From NCBI GenBank assembly GCA_977017645.1, contig OZ360241.1, positions 73,532,001-73,596,000 on the forward strand: DNA of 64,000 nt, given 5' to 3'. The first letter of the stretch is position 1. Each line of letters begins with the position of its first letter. Below are positions 23,610 through 36,702 of this stretch, one piece after another. A program made the translations under genes and the position numbers. The notes below the pieces were generated by a model, which was not told the DNA's origin, did no database searches, and saw only the letters and a list, made by a program, of their open reading frames with translations. This DNA comes from Torpedo marmorata. Its lineage: Eukaryota.

Positions 23610-25898
23610 AGTTTGGTCTGTGGTCAGAGACAAGAGGCTGTGACTGTTAGTGAGGCAGGTAGGGCGATCAAAGAGGTTTGCTGGAGGAGCCTCAGCCCTT
23701 GAGCTCATCCAACAAGCTGGAGATTCTTGCTTCCTGTGTGGGTGAGAGTGGAGCTGTTGGAAGAATGAGCACAGTAGATCAGGGAGCCAATCAAGAGGAA
23801 GGAGGGAAGAGAAATTAGTAGGGAGTAGTAAAGACAGGGGAATAGACATTATTCTCTGTAGTGAGGATTGAGAGTCCCGAAGGCTGTGTTGCCTGCCCGG
23901 TGCCTGGGTTTGGGACATCTCATCTGTCCTGCAGAGAATTTGGATTGGGAGAGGAAAGATCCAGTTGTTGTGGTCCCTGTGATACCGAGAGATTGGAACA
24001 AGGAAGAAGTTGTGCTGAAGCAGCTAGGGACTAAATTAAAAAAAGTAGAACAAAAAGGTAATAATCTCTGGATTGTTACCTGAGCCATGTGCAAATTGGC
24101 ACAGGATTGATAAGATTAGGGAGTTAAATGCATAGCTCAAAGACTGGTGTGGGAGAAGTGGTTTGAATTCCTTGTACATTTGCACCAGTATTGGGGAAGG
24201 AGAGAGCTCTTCCGATGGGACAGGCTCCACCTGAACTACGCTGGGATTAAGGTCCTGGCAAAATGCACAACTAGGGCTGTGGACAGGACTTTTAACTAAA
24301 TAGCAGGGGGATGGGTCCAACAGATTGGAAAAGTATAGATTAAGGGAAGGAGAGTGCAGGAGAGGTTATTGAAGTCTCTAGAATAAAAGTTAGGACAGAA
24401 GATTTAGAATACGATAAAAATTTAAACTCTGGCAATGCTGAGACAAATGTAGAAGGGTGGTGAACATGGGACTGAAGGTGCTGTATGAAGGTATTGAATA
24501 CATGCAGTGTACGAAACAAGGTAGATGATGTTGAAGCGCAATTATAAATGAGCGGTATGACGTTGTGGGCATAATGGAGATGTTGGTGAAGGAGAATCAC
24601 AGCTGGGAGCTGAATACCCAAGGATGCATATCCAATCGAAAAGACAAGTAGAGGGGTGGGGTGGCTCTGTGGTAACAAATGATATTAAATCTTCAGTGAG
24701 AAGGGACATAGGATTAGAAGTTGTACAGTTGAGAAACTGCAAGGGTAAAAATACCCTGATTGGAGTTGCATCCAAGGCCTTCAAATAGCAGCCAGGATGA
24801 AGGGTGTAAATTACAACAGGAGTTAGAAAAGCATGTAAAAAAAGGCAATGTTACAGTGGTTATGGAGGATTTTAGTATGTACGTAGAGTGGGGAAATCAG
24901 GTTGGCACTGGATCCCAAGAGAAGGAATTTGTGGAATTCTTCTGAGATTGCTTTTTAGAACAGCTTATGGTCACGCGTACTAGGGGAAAGGCAATTCTTG
25001 ATTTGGGGCTATGCAATGAGCAGATTTCATTAGGAGGTAATGATAGAATTCTCTCTGCAGTTTGAGAGGGAGAAGCTAAAATTGGATGTGTTGGTGTTAC
25101 AGTTGATTAGAGGTAACTACTCAACTTTAGCCAAGGAGGTGGCTAAAGTTGATTGGATGGAGACCTCAGCAGGGAATACGGTAGAGCAGTTTCTGGGAAT
25201 AATTTAAAAGATGCAGGATTATGTCATCCCAAAAAAGAAGAATTCCAGAGGGAGGGTGAAGCAATTGTGGCTGACAAGGAAAGTCAAAGATACCATAAAA
25301 TCGAAAGAGAGGGCATATGGTATTGCAAAAATTAGCAGGAAGCTGGTTGATTGTGTAGCTTTAAAAACCCAACAGGAGGCAACAAAAGAAGCAATAAGGA
25401 GAGAAAAGATGAATAATTAAAGTAAGCGAGCCAATAACATAAAACAGGACTTCAGAAGTTTTTTTCCACGTAAATTCACGCATATGCACGTATAAACATA
25501 TATAAATAAAAAGAGTAAAAGAAGCAAGAGTGGACATTGGACTGTTGGAGAAGTAGTAATGAAGAACAAAGAAATGGCAGATGAACCGAATAGGTATTTT
25601 GTGTCAGTCATCACTGTGAAAGATACCAGCAAAGTGCAGGAAATTCGAGAGAGTTGGGGAGCAGAAGTGAGTGTAGTCACATTACTAAGGAGAAGGTGCT
25701 TGGGAAGCTGAAGGTGGATAGGTCACCTGGATCAGACGGACTACACCCCAGGGTTCTGAAAGAGATAGTTGAAGTGAATGTGAATCCATACATAGTGATC
25801 TTTCAGGAATTGCTGAAATCAGGAATGGTTCCAGAGGGCTGGAAGATTACAAATGTCGCTCCATTCTTTAAGAAGGGAGAGAGGCAAAAGACAGGAAA

Positions 25899-26168
25899 TT
25901 TAATTTTTAAATTTGATTGAATTTAATGTAGACATACAGCACGGTAACAGGCCCTTTCGGCCCACGTACCCGTGCTGCCCAATTACACCCAATTGACCTA
26001 CAACCCCTGTACTTTTGAATGGTGGGAGGAAACCCGAGCCCCCAGGGAAAACCCACACAGACACGGGGAGAACGTATAAACTCCTTACAGACAATGCAGG
26101 ATTCGAACCCCGGTCCCAATCGCTGGCGCTGTAACAGCTTTGTGCTAACTGCTACGCTAACCGTGCCA
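25899..26168 (-). mobile_element. tRNA-derived V-SINE (HE1-like) inserted in the CR1
   Basis: A box TAGCGTAGCAG, B box GGTTCGAATCC and V domain; close match to 17556-17815. Confidence 0.9.
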
Positions 26169-26914
26169 CTGCAGGCTGGTTAGCCTAAATTCAGTGTTAG
26201 GCAAGATTCTAGAGGCCATTATGAAGGATGAGGTTTCGGGGTACTTGAAAGCACAAGACAAAATGGGCTGAAGTCAGCATGGTTTCCTTTATGGGAAATC
26301 TTGCCTGACAAATCTGTTGGATTTCTTTGTGCAAGTAACGTGCAGGACAAAGGAGAGTTGGTGGGAGTTGTTTACTTGGATTTTCACAAGGCCTTTGACA
26401 AGGTGCCACACATGAGGCTGATAAACAAGATAGGAGAGCAAGGTATTATGGGAAATATACTAGCATGGATAGAAGATTGGCTGAATGGCAGAAGGCAAAG
26501 GGTGAGAATAATGAGGGCCCTTTCTGGCTGGATGTCAATCCTGAGTGGTGCTCCGCAGGGATTGGTGTTGGGTCTGCTACTTTTCATGTTGTGTATAAAC
26601 CCTGCAGATGATGGAATTGATAGCTTTGGTGACCAGGTTTGTGGATGATATGAAGATAGGTGAAGGGGCGGGTCGTGTTGAGGAAGCAGTGAGTCTGCAG
26701 AGGGACTTGGATAGATTGGGAAAATGCGCAAAGAATACAGCATAGGGAAGTGTATGGTCATGCACTTTGGTAGAAGGAATAAAAAAGTAGATTATTTCCA
26801 AAATTGGGAGAGAATTCAGAAAGCGGAGGTCCAAAGGGACGGAGTCTTAGAGCAGGATTCCCTAAAGGTTAACTTGCAGGTTCAGTCAGTAATAAGGAAG
26901 GAAAATACAATGTT

Positions 26915-28055
26915 TTTTGTTTTTTTTAAATATTTTATTTATAATTTTTAAATCACAAAATACATAAAATAGAGTATAAAATTATCAAATTATTTGTGAT
27001 ACATTTTCACCCCCCCTCCCTCCCTCCCCTCCCCAACCCTCCCAACCCCACTAATCTAATAAAAAATAAAAATATAAAATAAAAATAGAAAAAGAAGAAG
27101 AAAAAGAAAGAAAAGATAGAGTAAGGGGAATGCCAATCTATAAACTAATTCTATTATGGAGGTCAAGTATGCCAGTAGATCCCATATCCAGAGATTTTCA
27201 AATCCTTAAACCAACAGCTTTCATATATGGGCTCCAAATGTTTAAGAAGAAATGATATTTATTACGTAGATTATAAGTAATTTTTTCAAGTGGTATACAC
27301 GAACGAAGTTCTGCATGCCATCTTTCTAATCCTAAATATAAATCAGATTTCCAAGTAATAGCAATGCATTTCTTTGAAACAGCGAAAGCAATTCGCAGAA
27401 ATTCTATTTGATACATATTTAATTTCATCTTAATACTAAATTTTCTAATATCTCCAAACAAAAATATCATAGGATCCATTGGAAATGTAATCTTAAATAC
27501 TTTATCTAAAAAATGTTTAACTTTCAACCAAAAATCATAAACTTTTGGACAAAACCATGTAGAATGTACAAAAGACCCTTCCTCTTTATTACATCTAAAA
27601 CATAAACCTGATAGTGCCGGATTAAATTTCTTTAATTTTTTAGGTGTTAAATATAATTGATGAAAAAAATTGTATTGTACTAATCTATATCTAACATTAA
27701 TAATCTTCGTCATACTTAATTTACATAATTCTTTCCAATGATTTTCATCTATTCTTACATTCAAATCTAATTCCCATTTTAATCTTGATTTATGCAATCC
27801 TACTTTAGGCATTTTCCTCTGAAACAATTTATACATTTGAGAAATAAATTTATTAAAATCTCCATTAGTAACTAATAATTCTAATTCATTTTGTCTTGGT
27901 AAAATCAAAGCATAACCTAATTTCTCAATCAAAAAAGCTCTAATTTGATAATAAGCAAAAAGTGTATTGTCTAATATATTAAATTTATCTTTCATTCTTT
28001 GAAAAGTAATAAATTTCCAAGCTTCAAAACAATCATTAATCTTCTTAATTCCTTT
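26915..28055 (-). mobile_element. Young 5'-truncated L1, same family as 13437-15294
   Basis: ORF2 C-terminus aligns with ORF 13442-15013; exact 15-bp TSD ggaaaatacaatgtt at 26900-26914 and 28056-28070; A-rich tail. Confidence 0.95.
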
Positions 28056-28989
28056 GGAAAATACAATGTTAGCATTCATTTCATTTATAAGTTTTTTATA
28101 AGACATTGGTCAAACCACATTTTGAGTATTGCAAGCAATTCTGGGCCCCATACCTAAGGAAGGATGCACTGGCATTGGAGAGTGTCCAGAGGAGGTTTAA
28201 GAGAATGTTCCTAGGGATGAGAGGATTAACATCTGAGGAGCGTTTGATGGCTCTGGGTCTGTACTCACTGTAGTTAAGAAGGACGAGGGGAGAATCTCAT
28301 CAAAAGGGCTAGATTGAGTGGTTATGGAAGATGTTTCCAGTAGTGGGAGAGTCTGGGACCAGAGGGCACAGCCTCAGAATAAGAGAACATCCCTTTAGAG
28401 CAGATGAGATTTCTTCAGCTAGAGGGTGGTAAATCTGTGGAATTTGTTGCCATAGACATCTGTGGAGGCCAAGCCATTGGGTATATTTAAAGCAGAGGTT
28501 GAAAGGTTGCTCAGTAAGGGCATCAAAGGTTATGGGAGAAGGCAGGAGAATGGGGTTGAAAGGAAAATTACATCCACCATGATTCGAATGGTGGAGCAAA
28601 CTCGATGGGCTGAATCTCCTAAGCCTTATGGTTGATTCAAAATTCCATTATTTTGTGCATAAATACACAACATTTGTTAACTTTTGTTTGCCTGTAAAGG
28701 CACAGAAGGAGACACCACTAGTCCAGCACCCCAGGCGAGAAAGAGAAACAAAAGAGAGTTCCTTCATAGACATTGAATGTCCATCTTTTTATATTTATTT
28801 CTTTCTGTCTTGATGTATTGTGGTATCTAATTTGTACCATTGCAGCTGGTGTATCTTATCTACGTGTGTAGCTGCAGCAGTAAGAATGTTGGTGTATTTG
28901 TACAATATACTTGTGTATATGACAAATTCTCATCTCAGTAATCCTACATTAATCCCATTTTGAAAAATTCTCCCCATATTTCCATCAAT

Positions 28990-29212
28990 TCCTGCCTCGC
29001 ACTCCGCCCCACTGCTTCTGTCACTCGTCCACATACACGGGGCAATTTACAGAGGCTAAATTTAGCCAACCAGCCTGCACGTTTTTAGGATGTGGGAGGA
29101 ACCAGGCGCACCAGGGTGTCATGGGCAGGACGTGCAAACTCCTCACAGACAGCATTGAACTCGAGTCTCCGACACTGTGAGGCAGCAGCTCTACTAGCTG
29201 TGCCACTGTGCC
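28990..29212 (-). mobile_element. Older V-SINE
   Basis: A-box-like TGGCACAGCTAG and V-domain GGAGTTTGCACGTCCTGCCCATGAC on minus. Confidence 0.7.
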
Positions 29213-29259
29213 AGGGGGTCAAAACATTCACCCTTCCCTATTTTAAAACTGCATATTTT

Positions 29260-29521
29260 TAATGTTGCAATGCACAAAAGTGCTGGAAAAACCCAGCAGG
29301 TTATGCAGCATCCACAGGAAGTATAAAAGGTAACCAACGCTTAGGGCCTGAGCCCTTCAGCAAGGTACGAGCAAACAGCAGGTAGATGCTGAAATGGCTC
29401 AGGCCCAAAACATTGGAAACCTTTTACTTCCTATAGATGCTGTGTGACCTGCTGAGTTTCTCCAGCACTATTGTATATCGCACTATAATCACAGCGTCGG
29501 CAGACTTTTCTGTTTAACTCC
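29260..29521. mobile_element. Penelope-derived fold-back element (two inverted pseudo-LTR arms)
   Basis: Arm tgctggaaaaacccagcagg...gggcctgagcccttcagcaag and inverse arm ggctcaggcccaaaac...cctgctgagtttctccagca. Confidence 0.75.
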
Positions 29522-29971
29522 ATCTTTTTAATGAAATTCTTTTCTTTCAAAGTTTTGTTAAGACTTAAAATGTAAATAGAAATGGATGAAGCAACATTTA
29601 CAATATCCACCCACCTACCCCTGGATATCAGTTTCACTCAGTGGGTGGCTGATTACCAAACAGTGAGACCCATTAAAGAACTGGTTGTTAGGCAGCACAT
29701 CGTGGGAGTTGAGAGGCACAGTGGCAAGCAGAAGTAAGGAGAAAATCCTGGAAATATAAACAAAGGGAGCCATCCGTTCACTCCATGTTTCCTTTACCAT
29801 GGTCCATAGAAATTATGGAAATGTGAAATTGTTGCCATGGATGTAACGTCCAGCAAGCCCAGAAAAAAAGTGCACCCCATTCACAGCTACAGGGACAGTA
29901 TTTCACCAGTTTGACAGAGCTGCAGGGATATGACCTCACGAGTTTTCATTCAGCAATGCATCTGGCATTTG

Positions 29972-30230
29972 AGGTCGGCACAGTTAGCGCAACCCTATTA
30001 CAGTGCCAGCAACCCGGATTCGAATCCGTCGCTAAGTGCAAGGAGTCCGTACACTTTCCCCATGACCGTGTGGGTGTCCTCCGGGGGATCAGGTTTCCTT
30101 GGGGGCTCGAGTTTCCTCCAACGTTCCAAATACATTCAAGGTTAGTCGGTTAATTGGTCACATGGGTGTATTTGGATGGCGCGTGCTCCTGGGCTGGAAG
30201 GGCCTGTTACTGTGCTGTATCTTTAAATTA
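29972..30230 (+). mobile_element. V-SINE (HE1-like)
   Basis: tRNA-like head with GGATTCGAATCC, V domain and tail gggcctgttactgtgctgtatct. Confidence 0.8.
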
Positions 30231-31039
30231 GAAACCTTTAGCAAATGCTGCATTTGCATGAGACCCCAATTAATATAATCAATGAAGGAGAATGGTCACA
30301 GAAGGAGACTATTAGTGATGTGATCATCAGTGTGATCTTTCCTGTTCATTGGATCGCATTTTGAAATGGTCTTGCAAAGGCTGCCAATTGATCAGCAAAC
30401 TTGAAGGAATGCCTCAAAAGCTGGAGACTTCTTTAAAAGGCACAAACTACTGTAGCAACTGCAAAGCAATTCAATATGTTGTTCTTTGTTCATCTATTTT
30501 AAGTGGACATTCTATAGGTAGCAATAAACTGGAATGTGGCTTTTGTCAGAGAAACAAATTGAGTTTTGTTTGTTTAAATGGAATATAATCATTCAATCGT
30601 TCTGAATGCCAACCAAGTCTCGTTATTATGCTAAGATTTTAATTCCGCCTTCAAGTATTTATTTCTATCTGCTCTGTCATGATTCTCTTTTTGCAATTGT
30701 ACACAATGATAATTGAGCTGGCATGACCCCAAGATCATTTTTCTTGTGGTTATTGCTGCAAATTGTGCTAAACTATAATTTCACTTTTCTCTGGATGACT
30801 ATTTTGTTGCTGCAAAATAACAAAATTTAGTGATTTGGCACTCACTAAACTTTTACAATTTGCCTCATCCTTGCCTCAATTCTTCAATTTTTTTTAAAAA
30901 TCTTGTTGTCAGGGTACCATAACCTTTACAAATAGAAAAAGGGAATTTGAATAATTTGGTGTATACACTGCACTTTGTCACAGCACAAAACTAATCACTT
31001 TATTATGTTTTCCTTTTTGCCTTCATTCTGGTTTTATTT

Positions 31040-32343
31040 TAAAATCCTGCGATCGAGGGGTCTGGGCTCAAGATCGTGGCGCTTATGTTCGGCAGCGGCC
31101 TCAAGGGGTTGCAGACTCTGGGGGAGCAGAGGACTGGTGCAGGGCACCAGAAAACATGGAGACCACCCGCCCGTTTGAGAAGGAGAAGCAGAAGAGACGA
31201 CCCACGGGACGGTGACCACGGTGGCGGACCAGCGAGGGTCTCTGAGGCTGAGGAACACACAGGCGGCGGGCTGTTGGTGACTCGAGGTGAGGAACCCATG
31301 CAGGCTGTGGGCTGCTGGTGACTGCAGTCAAGGGACTCACGCCAGGCTGTGGACTGCTGGAGGCTGAAGGGCTTCCTGATAGTGTCAGAGGTTTGGATCT
31401 GGAGCTCGAGTTGCCGGTAGTTTGGACTGAAGGCTCTGTGGATGCGGAGGCTGTGGGAGTGCTGGAGGCGAATCCATGGACACTCAGGGACTCTCTTTTG
31501 GAGATGATTGTGGACTTCAGGAGGAAGTCAGGGAAACACGACCCAGTCCTCATCGAGGGCTCAGTCGTGGAGAGGGTCAAGAACTTCAAATTCCTGGGTG
31601 TCAACATCTCCGAGGATCTGTCCTGGAGCATCCACGTGGATGCAATCACAAAGAAGGCTCGTCGGCAGCTATACTTTGTGAGGTGTTTGCGGAGATTCGG
31701 TATGACACCGAAGACTCTCGTAAACTTCTACAGGTGTACCGTGGAGGGCATTCTGGCTGGTTGCATCACTGCCTGGTATGGAGGCGCCAACTCCCAGGAC
31801 AAGAATAAACTCCAGAAGGTTGTTAACTCGGCCTGTGACATCACAGGCACCAAACTTCACTCCATCGAGGACATCTACATGAGGCGGTGTCTTAAAAAAG
31901 CTTCCTCTATCCTCAAGGACCCCCACCACCCAGGCCATGCCCTCTTCACTCTGCTTCCATCGGGAAAAGGTACAGGAGACTAAAGACGAGCACTCAACGG
32001 CACAAGGACAGCTTCTTCCCCGCTGCCATCAGATTCCTGAATAATCAATGAACCAAAGACACTGCCTTACTTTTTCATGCACTATTGTTTATAATTTTTA
32101 TAGTAATGTCGTTAGATGGTTAATATGTATTTTAATTGCACTATGATGCTGCCGCAAAACACCGAATTTCATGACTTGTTCATGACAATAAATAAATTCT
32201 GATTCTTTCTCTGACTGTAATGGGCGCCAGGCAATTTCTGCTGATGGTGAATCTTTGTCTGCCTTGTGGTATACTAAAGGAAATTTTGTGTAACATTACA
32301 TTTTCTGTTTTATTACATGACAATAAAATAATCTTGAATCTTG
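31040..32343 (+). mobile_element. Non-coding retroposon (GC-rich head about 31040-31500, tail 32207-32343) interrupted by a Rex1/Babar LINE
   Basis: Joining ctcttttg to ttctctgactg recreates approximately the sequence of the independent copy at 23469; ends gacaataaa...atcttgaatcttg. Confidence 0.65.
31501..32206 (+). mobile_element. 5'-truncated Rex1/Babar LINE
   Basis: EMIVDFRRK...VKNFKFLGVNISEDLSW...KKASSILKDPHHPGHALFTLLPSGK; 3' end aataaattctgattct. Confidence 0.88.
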
Positions 32344-33229
32344 CTTCCATTCAAATATTCCTTCCCTGAAAATGCTTCAATGCTTTTTACTTTTCCCCAC
32401 TACATGATATCGAACTCCCTGGATGCAGACACGTCTCCAAACCTTTCTCCTGATTTTTTTTTCTGTAAATCCAGGCTTGATTATTCTGCTACAAAACCTC
32501 CTGATGCTGCCTGGCCTGCTGAAATTTCCAGCATTTTGTTTATTTTCAATAATTCTATAGTTGATCTCATCCCACATCCCAGAAGATCTCATCTTCTGTT
32601 CCCTTGTGTCAAGGGATTCCATTTTCCCTTCCCTATGAACAATTCCTCAGAAGAATGGTAAAATGTCACAGAAGTAAAATGGATAAGAAAAATGAAAAGT
32701 TTCAGGATAAAAATGTGTTTGTAGCAGGTTGTTCTGAAACCACTGATATCTGGTGCAAACAGCTTTTCAATTCTTAAAGCTGATTCTATTGAAGACAATG
32801 AAGTTTGGAAACTGGATACAATGCACAGCTGCTACCCATAATTTAGAACAAATTTCATTCCCATAAAATATTCTCTTCTGGACAGCTATGTTGCATTATA
32901 AGAATATCATCAGCAAAAAGTTCTTGCAGAGATTGTAAACTGTTTCCTCAATAAGCCAGAGACCTAACTGTATGGGGACTAAAGATTCCATTCATGGGAA
33001 ATATTCATGGTAATTTAAAAAGAAAGATACATGAGCAGCAGGATACATTTTCTGCAGTGTGTTATTGCAATGGAAGTGACCCCTTTGGAAGATTAAACTT
33101 TCATTAAAGTTTCTGGTAACTTTCTGGCTTTTACCATGGAAGATGGATTTTAGAATGAGACTAGGTGACCTCCAGAAAGGCCTTGACATCAAACATTGAA
33201 ATACAAATGCAACAGTTGATTGGACTCAC

Positions 33230-33535
33230 CATCTTCGTCTGTGCGAATGATTACGGGCGGGCTCTCTGGGCCAGGTCCCATCATCGTGTGTGCGACCACG
33301 GTCACCCGGTATTCCGTCCATTTCGCCAAGGCCTCCAGCCGCATCTGCGTGCTCGTTGGTGGAATGTCCGTCACCTCGTGGATCTGCGTGTCCTGTCCCT
33401 CCAGTGCTTGGTACCTGATACTGTACTTTGCCAGGTCGCCATTTTGACTCTCTGGTGGTGGTGGCCACCAACTTACCAGAATGCTGGTGGAACTGGGATT
33501 GCTGCACTTTACATTTTGAGGAGGGGCTGATGGTT
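33230..33535 (-). CDS. PTPRS: PTPRS exon, FN-III domain 4 (306 nt, [11 protein letters not shown]...[16 protein letters not shown])
   Basis: Acceptor gcaatag|AA, donor ATG|gtgagt; phase 1/1; open frame includes ORF 33189-33374. Confidence 0.95.
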
Positions 33536-34039
33536 CTATTGCAGGCAGTTGCAGTAGAGGAAGGAATTAAAAAACAATGGGTGGGAAGAGGGTAAAAACA
33601 ATGAAACAAAAGGAAAAATGATAAAAAAAGAAAGGAAAAGGCTCCTCAACAAACTGAGATAAAACAGAAAATAAAACAAAAAAAAAACACTAAAGTAATA
33701 AGAAAATCTGGTATGATGTTTATACAAAACCAATCCTGTCCTTACAAGGAACTTGATTGTTTGAGTGATCAAAACAAATATTAGTCAAATCTTACTTGGA
33801 TTGAGAATTGAGATAGAAAGTCTTTTTCAATGACGTCAGATTCAATCTTATTAATGTATCCACACACCTACAAACAAACAGTTGGTCACTTCTATACACC
33901 TCATTGAATGAGAGGACAGGGCAATTTGGATTTCTGGTAACCCTGGAGAGGTATTTCCATCCTATATGCTCTCTGGCCAACACAAGCCACAATCACATTA
34001 TTTTCTGACTCCACCCTTTCTGATAAAACATATTGGTCT

Positions 34040-34250
34040 AAAGAGCAGAAACCAACTGCTGGAAGATCTCAGAGTGCCAAGCAGCATCTGTGGAGGCAAA
34101 GGTGAGGTCGACATTTCAGGACTGATGTAGGGTGTTGACCTGAAACTACGACCATCCCTTTGGCTTCACAGATGTTACCTGTCCCACTGAGTTCTTCCAG
34201 CAGTTTTTGTTTTTTTTGCATTAGATTCCAGCATCTGCAGTCCGTGTCTC
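34040..34250. mobile_element. Older Penelope-derived fold-back element
   Basis: Inverted arms aactgctggaaga.ctcag / ctgagttcttccagcagtt; central ctgatgtagggt...cctgaaac is hammerhead-like. Confidence 0.6.
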
Positions 34251-34779
34251 AAACATGTTGGCCTAAAGGAGAGATTACATGACTGAAGATAACATTCGGA
34301 CAAAGCAAATTGTTTATCATGATAAAGATAACTTCAGTTTAGATTCATATGGATTGTGAAATTTAATGGGACACTTTCCTGGTATGATTGCGCTTGTAGT
34401 GCATTTCTACACTGTTTTAATTTGGGCAGTGAATATTGACAGTTGCCCAGAGAGCATTGTCAGGGGGACTAATCCATGATATAACTTGAGCAACTGTCAC
34501 TGGTGATTCTGGGATAACCATACTTTCACAGTACAGTGCTGGACTGGGACCTCACTTAGCTAGATATTTTGTCATCCTCAAACATCTTACCCATCCATAC
34601 CATGCCAAACATCACTTTCCCTCTCTACCTACACTTGCGAACTTTGCTCCTCTCTGATCCTCATCACCTGGTCTTAAACGCTCTAGATTAGTCAAGACAA
34701 GCCTCAAGATCCCAACCAGGGACAGTTAACTAAACATCCATCGTTGGGAAAAATGCTGAAATCCAGTACGACAGAAGAG

Positions 34780-35860
34780 ATAACTGAACAATCAGTCATA
34801 AGAAGATCAAGCAGAGTCAACATGATTCCAAGAAAGAGAAATAAAGTTGGACAAATTTGAAGCATGGTGGATAAAGGGGAACCAGTCGATGTCATGTATT
34901 TGATCAGGTGCATATGCGAGATTACTTCACATGATGGGAGGGTTATGGAGGGTTATGGACTGGGTGCAGGTCAGGGGGACTAGGCAGAATAATAGTTCGG
35001 CACAGACTAGAAGGGCCAAATGGCCTGTTTTCTGTGATGTAATGTTCTCTGGTTCTATGATATGAGTGGACAAGGTTGGGAAAAATATTGGCACAGACAA
35101 GATATGGAATAACCAACAGAAAACAGAAAGCCAGGATAAATGGATGATTTTCAGATTGGCAATCAGTACTAGGGTGCTGTAGGGATCAGTGCTGGGGCCT
35201 CAACTATAGACAATCTACATTAATGACTTGGATAAAGAGATCTAGATTATTGTGGTCAAATTTGTTGATAAACCATAGATGGGTGGGTTAGCAAGTTGTG
35301 AAAGCACAAAGAACCTGCAAAGGGATATGGATACTGAAGTGAATGGGTAGGAAGTTAGCAACTGGAGAATAAATTGGGAAAAAGTGATGTTATTTATTGT
35401 GGACGAAAGAATGAAAATGGAATTTTTTATTTAACAGAGCGAGGTTCAAAATGTCACCGACAGGGAATCTCTCGGGGTCCCTAATGAAAGAATTTGGATG
35501 TTTAATGGAGTGCTGGCCTTTACAGCAACTATGTGACAGAAACATCGGGAAGTTTTGATGCTGCTTTACTGGGCAATGGTGTGATTGGACTGGAAAATTA
35601 TATACACATTTGGTCTCCATATTTAAGGAAAGGTAGATCTGCAGTGGAGGCAGTGAACGTTATTTATGTTTACTCCTGGGATGAAGGGGGTGATGTATTA
35701 AGAAAGGTTGAGTAGGTTAGGTCTATACTTATTGGAGCAAAGAAGAAGGAAACTAATAAGATTCAGAGAGGGGCCGACAGGGTGGATACTAAGTGGATGT
35801 TTCTCTGGTGGGAGGCTCAAGACCTAGATTTAGAATAAGGGAACACCGATTCAATGTACC
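34780..35860 (+). mobile_element. Highly degraded CR1-type LINE with a younger CR1 3' tail inserted at about 34937-35058
   Basis: Remnants DKGEPVDVMYL, QGSVLGPQL..IYINDLD and WSPYLRK. Confidence 0.65.
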
Positions 35861-36365
35861 GAGGATAAACCTCCCCTGTTTATTCTGTATGGGGATCAGT
35901 GACTTACTGGAAAAAACTATTCTGCAATGCCAGAACACTCAACTACGACTTGCACACAAGATATTTGCTTCATGTAGTAGATAGGTCTGTTAAAAATAAT
36001 TTCTACTTTCAGTGACATTTCAGTACAAGACAAGCTGCAATGTCACAATCAAGGCAATAAAAACATATCAGAACTTTAAAGAGCTGTTTGTCTATGGATG
36101 ACTTTCTATCATTTTGTTCCAGGGGACTAACAGCCCAACCCCATTCTGCCCTTGCTGCAGTACAACCCATTGTTTTTGATGAGGCTCAAAATGATAAAAG
36201 TTAACACTCTCCCCCTTGGAGAGACAAATGAATTAACCTCTCCATACTGCAATTTCATCTTCCTGCTGTCCAATGGCACCTCTGTTACCTTCCTACAGAA
36301 TCGACCAAATCCCACAGGAATATTTCATCACCATTGTGTGATTTTCAGGCGATCTTTACTCCCTT

Positions 36366-36702
36366 AAACACACACAAAAATGCTAGAGGAACTCAGCCAG
36401 TCTCGCAGCGTCCATAGGAGGTAAAGATATATTGCCGACGTTTTGGGCCTGAGCCCTTCTATTTTTACTACAATCACAGTGTCTGTGAACTTTTGTGTTT
36501 CACTCCGTTCAGTTGATCCACTGGGTAATCTTGTCAAGGGATGCCTACCCTGAAGAAGTTCTCCGGAAGAAGGGCTTAGGCCCGAAATGTCAGTAATATA
36601 TTTTTACCTCATAGTGACGCTGCGAGACTGGCTGAGTTTCTCCAGCATTTCTGTGTGTTTTAACTACAATCACAGAGTCTGCAGACTTTCATGTTTCACT
36701 CT
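36366..36702. mobile_element. Penelope-derived fold-back element(s)
   Basis: Arms actcagccagtctcgcagcgtc / gacgctgcgagactggctgagt; hammerhead-like gaagaagggcttaggcccgaaatgtc. Confidence 0.75.

Larger units (their letters stand above)
22695..28625 (+). mobile_element. Near full-length decayed CR1/HER1-like LINE hosting several younger insertions
   Basis: ORF1-like remnants (PGDHIC..CW, CCLPGA); ORF2 remnants SPGSDGLHPRVLKE (25654-25920) and VYLDFHKAFDKVPH (26301-26648); CR1 3' tail near 28560-28625. Confidence 0.8.

Noticed and set aside
27198-28106. 302-aa ORF as a standalone gene
   Set aside because: Truncated L1 ORF2; its first 17 or so codons are antisense CR1 flank and TSD sequence
31318-31983. 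221-aa ORF as a host or domesticated gene
   Set aside because: Chance fusion of the retroposon head with a truncated, frameshifted Rex1/Babar ORF
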